Part shown: positions 7,786 through 15,195 of the stretch, one piece after another
Numbering within the stretch: the first letter of the stretch is position 1
Layout of the letters: every line of letters starts with the position of its first letter
Notes under the pieces: model-generated
What the model was told of the DNA's origin: nothing
The model's database searches: none
Seen by the model: the letters and a program-made list of their open reading frames with translations, nothing else
Program-made: the position numbers and the translations under genes
DNA from: Pyrobaculum calidifontis JCM 11548
GTDB lineage: Archaea > Thermoproteota > Thermoprotei > Thermoproteales > Thermoproteaceae
Direction of reading: 5' to 3'
NCBI RefSeq assembly: GCF_000015805.1
Contig: NC_009073.1
Location: 810,001-842,000 of the forward strand
Length of the DNA: 32,000 nt

Positions 7786-8856
7786 TTAGATAAATCGCCT
7801 GTAGAGGTTGCCGTAGTGGCCTATGTGCCCCCTGATTTTTATCTCGTAGCCACACTTTGGACATCTTTTGCCGTCCAGCTTCACTTCGACAACTCTGTCG
7901 GCGAATCTCTTTATTAGCAGGGCGCCGCATTTGGGGCAGTAGGTGTGTTGGGCCTTGTGGCCGGGGACGTTGCCCACGTATACGTAGTCCAGCTCCTTCC
8001 TAGCCCTCTGCCATATCTCCTCCAAGAGTTGGACGGGGGTGGGCGGCACGTGGGGCATCAAGTGCGCCGGGTGGAATGCCGTGATGTGCAACGGTATTGA
8101 CCTATCCACCTTGGCGACGGCCTCTACGACGTCGTCTGCTTCGTGGTCGTTGACCCCGGGTATTACCAAGTACGTCACCTCGACGTGTACGCCTCTGCCC
8201 CAGAGGTACTGTATCGTATCCACTACGCCGTGAAAATCCGCGGCCAGCCAGCGTCTGTAGGTCTCAGGTCCCCCCTTTAAGTCCACGTTTGCCCCCTCCA
8301 TCCCCGCAGCTATAAGCGCGTCTAAGGCCTCGCGGGTTAAGTAGCCGTTTGTATTAATCGTCTTGTGGAGGCCCGCGGCGCGTTTAAACACGTCCACTGT
8401 GTACTCCAGGAGCATAGTCGGCTCGTTGAAGCTCACGTTGATTCCAGAGTCGCCGTTTTCTAAGGCCCACTCCACTATCCTCTCCGGCGGTGTATATACG
8501 CCGGAGTACATCACCACCTTGCTCAAGTGCCAGTTTTGACACCAAGCGCAGGGGAAGTTGCAACCCCACCCGCTTATCGTCAACGCAGAGGTCCTCGGGT
8601 AGAAGTGGTACATCGGCTTAATCTCCATTGGCCTCGACTCCGCCGCGGAGAGGAGGCCGTAAGTGGCGACGTAGAGCTTCCCCCCTTTGGCGAACCGGTT
8701 TTTACAAAGGCCCCAAGTCCCCTCGCGCAACATACACCTACGTCTACAGACGAGGCACCTCACGCCAGAGCCCACGCGCTCAAAAAGGGGAGTTTCAACC
8801 ACATGAGGCCCCCTCGGGCTCGGAGGCGGCGATGCGCGCGGCCAGCTATAGGCCAC
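7786..8856 (-). CDS. AmmeMemoRadiSam-system-type radical SAM enzyme (AmrS / PflA-like activase family)
   Basis: CNFPCAWC is the CxxxCxxC motif. The N-terminus has CLVCRRRC...GLCKNR and the C-terminus has CPKCG...CPKCG zinc-ribbon-like pairs, the layout typical of AmrS. The N-terminal ~20 codons of the ORF may be an extension. Confidence 0.75.
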   Translation of the reverse strand: MAYSWPRASPPPSPRGPHVVETPLFERVGSGVRCLVCRRRCMLREGTWGLCKNRFAKGGKLYVATYGLLSAAESRPMEIKPMYHFYPRTSALTISGWGCNFPCAWCQNWHLSKVVMYSGVYTPPERIVEWALENGDSGINVSFNEPTMLLEYTVDVFKRAAGLHKTINTNGYLTREALDALIAAGMEGANVDLKGGPETYRRWLAADFHGVVDTIQYLWGRGVHVEVTYLVIPGVNDHEADDVVEAVAKVDRSIPLHITAFHPAHLMPHVPPTPVQLLEEIWQRARKELDYVYVGNVPGHKAQHTYCPKCGALLIKRFADRVVEVKLDGKRCPKCGYEIKIRGHIGHYGNLYRRFI

Positions 8857-9046
8857 AAGCTGGTATGTGTCTAGGGGGTAAAAGTCTTAATCCTCTGTTC
8901 TGAGAGCGCTAAGAATATGCAGGCCGGCCTCCTCCAGACCGACAAGTAGTAAGGGGCAAGTTAGCCTCTGTCTCTCACACAAACCCCACGGCTAAGAATT
9001 TGGCCATCAGCCTCCGCGTCGCGACGCCTAAGGCGCTTAAGGTCGT

Positions 9047-9265
9047 CTAAAGTGCCACATACGCCGGTGATAGAGCCACGTCCGGCTTGGCAACTAGAGC
9101 CGCGCCGCCTTGTTTAAGTCGGTTGTATAAGCATCGTAGCCCTCTTACCGGGTCTGTGAAACGCTGTAGTTTTTCAAGGAGAGAAGCTAAGTCTGCCCCT
9201 ACGCCAATCTCGCAGACAGACGCCGCCTTGGCAAACTCCCCAGAGAGCGCTATGCCTCTTGTCAA
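9047..9265 (-). pseudogene. Remnant of a class I SAM-dependent methyltransferase
   Basis: The 72-aa ORF has a motif-I-like VCEIGVGADLASLL followed far too soon by LYNRLKQGGAALV, the usual post-motif RvLkpGG segment. An upstream out-of-frame piece reads MVSDRFDKRHSAL. This implies an internal deletion plus a frameshift. Confidence 0.35.
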
Positions 9266-9884
9266 ATCTATCTGAGACCATAGCCTCTGTGCCTTACCCC
9301 GAGCTTGAGGGTCGCAACATGAGCTAATATGTCATCTCCTGGAAAACGACTCAAACAACCTGAAGTAGATGGCTTGCTTCGACGGTCAGCAGGCCGCTAT
9401 AGATTACTTTCAAAGCTGTTCTTGTCAGCGGCGTTTGAATCGACTTAGCTCATACTGATTCTAAAAACTCTACGTGCTTAGTCGCATAGCTGTTCAACGG
9501 CGTATTGGATCCTGGAGCTTCCTAGTGTTGCTCCTTTGAGAAGAGCCGCGTGGGCTAAGGGCCGCTGAGTGGCCTTAAAAACGACGAGCTCTTGTCCCAG
9601 CTCTGTCCACTACTTAGCCGCGTAGAATGCGCCCCATGCCGATATTTTTGAACCTCTCCTCTGCCGCTAAAAGTCTCGACGAGCCCCCAACCACATATCA
9701 TAGCGGTGGGCGACAGCTACCGTATAGAGCTGGACAAAGGGGAAAGACACCTGAGGTCTTGTGTCTTCGGTAGCCTAGCCTTAACTCCCCCGTGCCGGTG
9801 TAGACGCTTACCTCCTCTTGTGTTATTGACAAGTCTTAGAAGTCTCATACCGCTATGTTGAAATACTGCTAAAAAGCAACGGCC

Positions 9885-10412
9885 ATGGAGCCCGCGGCCA
9901 TCGTGCTTTACGCAGTCTTGCTCTTAGCCGCTTGGTACCTCCTGGCATCTTTTCTAGCCCGATTCGCCAATAGGAGGGTTGTGTCCAAATGCCCATGTGA
10001 AGTGGTGCGCTATCTGGGGGATCCCTCCTCGCTTTACGTGAACCTCAACTGCGGTGGGAAAAAGGTGGAGGTGTACATAAGGAGAGAGCCGTGGGACAAC
10101 CCCCTCAACTTGGCCGCATTCTATCTGCTCAGGAGGAGCGCCTACACGGCAGTGCGGTTTAGCCTGGGATTTGACGCAGGCGTAATTGACGCCTCGCGGA
10201 GCGGCGCTGGGAGAAGAGTTGGAAACTACTACGTGGTTAATATATCGACTCCCCGGGAGCTGGCGGAGAGGCTGTTAAGCCTCGCCGATGAGGCTGGAGT
10301 TTGGAGAGTCACAGTGTCCGGGGAATTGGTCCAGCTCCTATGGCGCGGCAAAGACTGCAGCTATGTGGAAAAGGCATTATCTATAATTAAAAATATAGCC
10401 AAAGAACGATAA
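9885..10412 (+). CDS. Hypothetical protein with N-terminal TM anchor
   Basis: The 175-aa ORF has protein-like composition and a hydrophobic N-terminus (AIVLYAVLLLAAWYLLASFLA). A T-rich tract follows the stop. I recognise no family. Confidence 0.55.
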   Translation: MEPAAIVLYAVLLLAAWYLLASFLARFANRRVVSKCPCEVVRYLGDPSSLYVNLNCGGKKVEVYIRREPWDNPLNLAAFYLLRRSAYTAVRFSLGFDAGVIDASRSGAGRRVGNYYVVNISTPRELAERLLSLADEAGVWRVTVSGELVQLLWRGKDCSYVEKALSIIKNIAKER

Positions 10413-10459
10413 AGACTTGGGACACCCTGTTTTTCTCTTTAGAAGTTAACGAAACTAGA

Positions 10460-10467
10460 TTTAAAAA
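10460..10467 (+). promoter_or_regulatory. TATA-like box (TTTAAAAA) for cstA
   Basis: Centred about 23 nt upstream of the cstA ATG (10487), consistent with a leaderless or short-leader archaeal promoter. Confidence 0.45.
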
Positions 10468-10486
10468 CAGAATAAAATGTTGTTCC

Positions 10487-12262
10487 ATGTTAAACACGCC
10501 GGCCCCCTATATCTTGTTGGGGCTAATACTATACTTTTTGACATATTGGTTCTACGCCAGGTGGGTGGACAAGAAGATTTGGGAAAGCGACCCCAACAGG
10601 CCCACGCCAGCGAAGCTCTACTTCGACGGCGTGGAGTACTTCCCAGTGTCTAAGTACGTGCTCTTCGGCTACCAGTTCAAGTCGGTGGCTGCGCTTGGCC
10701 CCATTGTGGGCCCCTTGACTGCCGTCCTCTTCTTCGGCTGGGTGCCTGCCCTCCTCTGGGTGATATTTGGCAACATGTTCATTGGGTGGGTACAGGACTA
10801 CAGCTCCATGATGCTCTCCATAAGAAATGAGGGCCGCTCAATGGGGCCGATAACCTACAGACTGCTTGGAGATAGAGTTCGGAAAATCTTGCTAATATAT
10901 CTAATCTTCTACTTGATAATTATCACGGCGGTTTTTGAGTGGGTGATCATCGACGTGTTGAACAGAGTGCCTGGGACCTTCACTGCCGTGTTGTTTGTAT
11001 TGTTCGGCGGCGTAATATTCGGCGTTCTTATCTTCCGCATGAGGATGGACGTACTCTTGGCGACCCTCATAGCCCTCGCTATAGTGTTCGTGGGCTACTT
11101 CACCGTGGCACTAGTTCCCGCAGTTAGGGCGCCGGGGACCAACTTCCTGGACCCGCCGGACTTCTTCAAGGCACACAACTTCAACCCAGCTCTGACGTGG
11201 CCTGGCACGTTGACCGTGGCCTTCTGGCTGGTGGTACTCTCCATCCTCTACTACATAGCCGCTGTGACTCCGATGCCCAAGTTCCTACTGCCCACCGTGT
11301 ACGTGGGATATCTTCCGAGCATTATCGCCCTAGTGCTCGTCTTAATTGCCGCGATCTTTACGCCGTTGACGGGGCTGACGATACAGCAGACGCCCGTAAA
11401 GGCTCTCTACGTAGATCCGCTTCAGAACCCCCAGGGCGGCCCGCTGTGGCCAATACTCTTTGTGACAATTGCCTGCGGAGCGATCTCTGGCTGGCACAGC
11501 CTAGTCTCGTCGGGTCTAACGCCTAAGCAACTTGAGTATGAGACAGACGCCTTGCCAGTGGGCGGAGGGGCCATGATGACCGAGGGCGCCGTGGCCCTTT
11601 CCTCCATCGCCGCAATAATGGTGCTATCACAGCCCCCGGCGGGCGCCGCGGCGTATGTGCAAGGTGCGACTCTGCTCACCACCAAGCTTCTGAACGTCCC
11701 AGACGTGTACATGAACATCTTGTACGGCATCTTCGTGACGGTGATGGGGCTTATAACATCGATGCTCTTTGTGAGAGTGTTCAGGCTGATAATGGCGGAG
11801 CTGTTTGAGGAAAGCCCGCTTGGCAACAAGTACATATCTCCCCTGGTGATACTGGCCATCTCCGGCTTCTTGGCGTTTGTGGGTAGCTGGACAAATCTCT
11901 GGATATTCTTCGGCGGCACCAACCAGCTACTGGCCGGCCTAGCGCTGTTACTAGTGGCAATATTCCTCGCCAGCATAAAGAAGCCCACGGCCTACGTCTT
12001 TGTGCCGGGCATATTCATGGCCATCACCACCCTTGCTGCGCTGGCTTGGGAGACGTACGTATATGGCCTATACGCATACTTAGGCAAGCCGATAGGGGTT
12101 CAAGCGGCGGTCGCAGCCTTGTACGGCAAAGACATAGTTACAATTTCCAACTTGATCTCCGCGGCGTTTGGAGCGCTGTTGCTTGTACTAGGCGCAATAA
12201 CCACGTATTACCTAATCACAGGCTGGGTTAAATACAAGAGGGGGGAGGCGGTAAAGAAATAA
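10487..12262 (+). CDS. cstA: Carbon starvation protein CstA family transporter (peptide/pyruvate uptake family)
   Basis: 591 aa and polytopic. It carries the GWHSLVSSGLTPKQL motif characteristic of CstA (compare GFHSLVSSGTTSKQ). Confidence 0.9.
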   Translation: MLNTPAPYILLGLILYFLTYWFYARWVDKKIWESDPNRPTPAKLYFDGVEYFPVSKYVLFGYQFKSVAALGPIVGPLTAVLFFGWVPALLWVIFGNMFIGWVQDYSSMMLSIRNEGRSMGPITYRLLGDRVRKILLIYLIFYLIIITAVFEWVIIDVLNRVPGTFTAVLFVLFGGVIFGVLIFRMRMDVLLATLIALAIVFVGYFTVALVPAVRAPGTNFLDPPDFFKAHNFNPALTWPGTLTVAFWLVVLSILYYIAAVTPMPKFLLPTVYVGYLPSIIALVLVLIAAIFTPLTGLTIQQTPVKALYVDPLQNPQGGPLWPILFVTIACGAISGWHSLVSSGLTPKQLEYETDALPVGGGAMMTEGAVALSSIAAIMVLSQPPAGAAAYVQGATLLTTKLLNVPDVYMNILYGIFVTVMGLITSMLFVRVFRLIMAELFEESPLGNKYISPLVILAISGFLAFVGSWTNLWIFFGGTNQLLAGLALLLVAIFLASIKKPTAYVFVPGIFMAITTLAALAWETYVYGLYAYLGKPIGVQAAVAALYGKDIVTISNLISAAFGALLLVLGAITTYYLITGWVKYKRGEAVKK

Positions 12263-12284
12263 AAACCCGTACACGTTTTTTCCT

Positions 12285-12533
12285 ATGAAAATCTTCGATA
12301 AGCTAAGGGAGGTGATAGAGGGTCTCACGGTCCACGGCCAGTCTACCGCGATACTTAGAGTAAAGGCGCAGATAGACAACTTGTTCATGTTGATTACCCT
12401 TGGCGACATGCTGGGCGTGCCCATCCTTCCGCCGTACTACTCCCTTAGGCTAATGCCCTACGTCTTTCCCAACATCCAGAACTGGAAGCGCTACATGCTC
12501 AGGGAGAGAGATGTCACAGACTTAGTGTCATGA
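12285..12533 (+). CDS. Small protein S1 (82 aa), YYSLRL-PY motif, paralogue of 14511..14774
   Basis: Aligns without gaps to S2 over ~77 positions (LITLGDMLGVPILPPYYSLRLMPY vs LTFGDFVGMPLLTTYYSLRLLPY). ATGA overlap with the downstream ATPase. It starts 22 nt after the cstA stop. Confidence 0.75.
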   Translation: MKIFDKLREVIEGLTVHGQSTAILRVKAQIDNLFMLITLGDMLGVPILPPYYSLRLMPYVFPNIQNWKRYMLRERDVTDLVS

Positions 12534-13534
12534 AGGGCCTTAAGGGACTTTTAGAGGAGAACCCGCGGCTCAAGGTATTCATCTATGCCGGCAAAGGCGG
12601 ATTAGGCAAGACCACCCTCAGCGCCGCCACGGCAGTAAAGCTCTCCTCTTTAGGCAAGAAGACCCTCGTATTTAGCACAGACCCCCAAGCCTCGCTCAGC
12701 GACGTGTTTGAGCAAAACGTGTTCGGCAAGGGGGAGGTGAAGATCGCGGAGAACTTATACGTGATGGAGATAGACGCGGACAAGAGGATACACGAGTACG
12801 TCTCCTCCATCAAGAAGAAGATCATCGACATGTACAAGCTCGACCGCCTGCCCCAGGACATCGAGGAGTACATAGACAGCGCGGCGGCTGAGCCGGCCAT
12901 GTACGAGTCCGCGGTCTACGACGCCATGGTTGACGTAGTCACCGAGGGGAAGTACGACTACTACGTCTTCGACATGCCGCCCTTTGGCCACGGAATTAGA
13001 ATGATCGCGATAGCAGACGTTATAAGCAAGTGGGTGGACAAGATCACCGAGCTTAGGCGGCAGGCCTATGAATACGGCAGAGTGGCCGCGTCGCTTAAGA
13101 GGAGCAAGCTGACCTACGAGGACGAGATCTTGCAAGAGCTGGAGTACATCCGGGGGAGGATCCTCAAGTTTAGAGACATCGTAATGAATACGGAAACCAC
13201 GGCGTTTCTCATGGTCATGACCCCCGAGAAGATGACTATTCTAGATACGGAAAAGGCACTTGAGATGTTCCAGTCCCTGGGACTGAAGTTGACTGGCATA
13301 GTGGTGAACCAAGTATACCCGCCAGAGCTCGCCTCTCGCCCAGATGCGCCGTCTTACCTAAAGAAGAAGGTGGAAGAGCAGAAGAAGTACATAGCCGAGA
13401 TAGCGGACAAGTTCGGTAAGTATGTGATAGCAGTTACGCCCATGTTAAACAGAGAGCCCAAGGGGCTAGACACCTTAAAAATCGTGGCCGAGGAGCTCTG
13501 GAGCCCAAAGAAGAGACTGGAGGACTACATATGA
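12530..13534 (+). CDS. ArsA/Get3 (TRC40)-family SIMIBI ATPase, catalytic motifs largely intact
   Basis: Deviant Walker A AGKGGLGKTT; STDPQASLSD (compare Get3 STDPAHNLSD); FDMPPFGHGIRMI (compare DTAPTGHT); VVNQVYP. It has no cysteine. ATGA overlaps at both ends. Confidence 0.85.
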   Translation: MKGLKGLLEENPRLKVFIYAGKGGLGKTTLSAATAVKLSSLGKKTLVFSTDPQASLSDVFEQNVFGKGEVKIAENLYVMEIDADKRIHEYVSSIKKKIIDMYKLDRLPQDIEEYIDSAAAEPAMYESAVYDAMVDVVTEGKYDYYVFDMPPFGHGIRMIAIADVISKWVDKITELRRQAYEYGRVAASLKRSKLTYEDEILQELEYIRGRILKFRDIVMNTETTAFLMVMTPEKMTILDTEKALEMFQSLGLKLTGIVVNQVYPPELASRPDAPSYLKKKVEEQKKYIAEIADKFGKYVIAVTPMLNREPKGLDTLKIVAEELWSPKKRLEDYI

Positions 13535-14514
13535 GACAGCTCCTATCTCAGCGGGGCATTAAGTACATCTTCTTCGGCGGGAAGGGCGGCGTGGGGAAGA
13601 CCGTGGTCGCCGCAGCCACGGCCCTCTATGCCGCCGAGAATCTGGGCGAGAGGACGCTCTTGGCCAGCTTCAACCCCGTCCACTCTCTCACGTCGCTCTT
13701 CCAGCAAGACCTCTCCGGAGGAGTCATAAAGCAGGTGCAAGGCGTGAAAAACCTCTGGGCGATAGAGGTGCAGTACGACGACATTGTGGAAAAGTACAAG
13801 GCCCGCATCACGAACTTGCTCAAGGAGATGTTGAAGATGGCGGAGCTCTCGATCGACATAAAGCCTCTTGTGGACATAGCCACTACAAACCCGGCCTTCC
13901 ACGAGGCGGCTGCCTTTGACAAAATGATGGACGTGGTGTTAAAGGAGGGGCCCAACTTCGACAGAGTCATCTTCGACATGGCCGCTGTGGCAAACGCGGT
14001 GAGGCTGATAGGCCTCTCGAAGCTGTATGGCGCCTGGCTTCAGAGGACGATAAAGATGCGCAGAGAGACCCTCTCGCTAAAGGAACAGCTCTCATTTAGA
14101 AAAGAGAAGGTGGCCAAGGAGATTGAGCAAGACCCAATCCTCCTCGAGCTACAAGACTTATACAACCGCTACATGAAAGTTAGAACCGTCTTGACAGACC
14201 CGTCCTCTACGCGGTTTGTCTTTGTAACAATACCCACAATCCTCTCCATCTCGGTAGTACAGAGATTCGTTGAAATGGTTAAGGCTTATGAGATACCGTT
14301 CGGTGGCGTCGTTGTAAATATGGTGATACCCCGCGAGGAGGCCGAGGCCGACGCCACTGGCTACATAAAGAGCAAGTACGAGGAGCAGGCGAAGAACTTG
14401 GAGCTGATAAGGTCCGCCTTCGGCCCCCACATACTCGCAGTGGTGAAGCAGTTCCCCGAGGAGATAGTGGGCTTGGAGAGGCTGAGGATGTTTACAAAAG
14501 AGCTATTTTCATGA
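13531..14514 (+). CDS. ArsA/Get3-family ATPase paralogue with degenerate switch motifs
   Basis: Walker A GGKGGVGKT is intact. Switch I reads SFNPVHSLTS (Asp to Asn) and switch II reads FDMAAVANAVRLI (TGH lost). VVNMVIP is retained. It has no cysteine. Confidence 0.85.
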   Translation: MRQLLSQRGIKYIFFGGKGGVGKTVVAAATALYAAENLGERTLLASFNPVHSLTSLFQQDLSGGVIKQVQGVKNLWAIEVQYDDIVEKYKARITNLLKEMLKMAELSIDIKPLVDIATTNPAFHEAAAFDKMMDVVLKEGPNFDRVIFDMAAVANAVRLIGLSKLYGAWLQRTIKMRRETLSLKEQLSFRKEKVAKEIEQDPILLELQDLYNRYMKVRTVLTDPSSTRFVFVTIPTILSISVVQRFVEMVKAYEIPFGGVVVNMVIPREEAEADATGYIKSKYEEQAKNLELIRSAFGPHILAVVKQFPEEIVGLERLRMFTKELFS

Positions 14515-14774
14515 AAGTTCGGCAGGCTGTACGCGACTTCTTTTACGGCCTCCTATTCCTAGACCTATACAGAGAGACAGCCAAGACGTACCTACAGTAC
14601 AAACTGCTGCTCCACTTATTGACCTTCGGCGACTTTGTGGGTATGCCGCTCTTGACCACATACTACTCCCTACGCCTACTCCCCTACTCGCTACAAGAAC
14701 TGTACGACCTAAGGCGCGAGGCAGCACGCGAACACGACATATTTGAAGAGCTGGCGGAGTTCGATGTCCACTGA
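14511..14774 (+). CDS. Small protein S2 (87 aa), YYSLRL-PY motif, paralogue of 12285..12533
   Basis: See S1. ATGA overlap with the upstream ATPase. The acidic C-terminal tail is EELAEFDVH. Confidence 0.75.
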   Translation: MKVRQAVRDFFYGLLFLDLYRETAKTYLQYKLLLHLLTFGDFVGMPLLTTYYSLRLLPYSLQELYDLRREAAREHDIFEELAEFDVH

Positions 14775-15195
14775 GTTCTCCTGGCACGCAATAGCCGTGG
14801 GAAACAGGATGCTGGGCCCCTACAACTTCCTAGTCCTCACAGCTCCGCCGACGTGGCGCATCGTCATAATGCCCATGGCCTCCGACGTGTTTAAACACAG
14901 AGAAGTAGACGGAGTCAAGTGGGTGAGGGACGGGGAGGTGATGCACTTTGTAAAAGACGGAGGAGAGGCCTACGTGTTAAAGATAAGCGTAAAGCCTGGG
15001 AGGAAGAAAGCCGAGGGAACCCCAATAGCCATCAACGGGCACCACGGAGTGTACCAAGTGAGAGAGAGGGGCGATAGGTACCACTTGACAATTCAGTTCT
15101 ACTGCGACCGCACAGACCGCACAGTCAAAATCACGCTTGAGGGTCTGAGAGATCTGTCTATTTTGAACTACGTGGGGCAGAGCCGTTGCCACTAG
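14764..15195 (+). CDS. Hypothetical soluble protein (143 aa) ending the ArsA-like operon
   Basis: The track ORF starts at 14743. The ATG at 14764 (MSTEFSWHAIAV...) overlaps the S2 stop by 11 nt. I see no TM segment and no motif I recognise. The 3' end overlaps the convergent taw1 gene by 38 nt. Confidence 0.6.
   Translation: MSTEFSWHAIAVGNRMLGPYNFLVLTAPPTWRIVIMPMASDVFKHREVDGVKWVRDGEVMHFVKDGGEAYVLKISVKPGRKKAEGTPIAINGHHGVYQVRERGDRYHLTIQFYCDRTDRTVKITLEGLRDLSILNYVGQSRCH

Noticed and set aside
9280-9880. Structured RNA gene (RNase P RNA or SRP RNA) in the long gene-free region
   Set aside because: I could not find the universal P4 GGAAAGUCC-type element or the SRP helix 8 motifs. G+C is too low for a hyperthermophile structural RNA, and protein-like pseudogene fragments explain the region better.
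11422-11988. 188-aa ORF antisense to cstA, with similar antisense or alternative-frame ORFs inside the YeiH, ArsA-like, ABC, amidase, GGR and taw1 genes
   Set aside because: All lie fully inside genes with strong family motifs and have skewed compositions. None has a promoter box or coupling signal.
12530-14514. Interpretation of the ATPase pair as an arsenite efflux ArsA
   Set aside because: No arsB/acr3, arsR, arsD or arsC lies nearby. The metalloid-binding cysteines of ArsA are absent, since both proteins are Cys-free, and the two halves are separate genes with one degenerate site.
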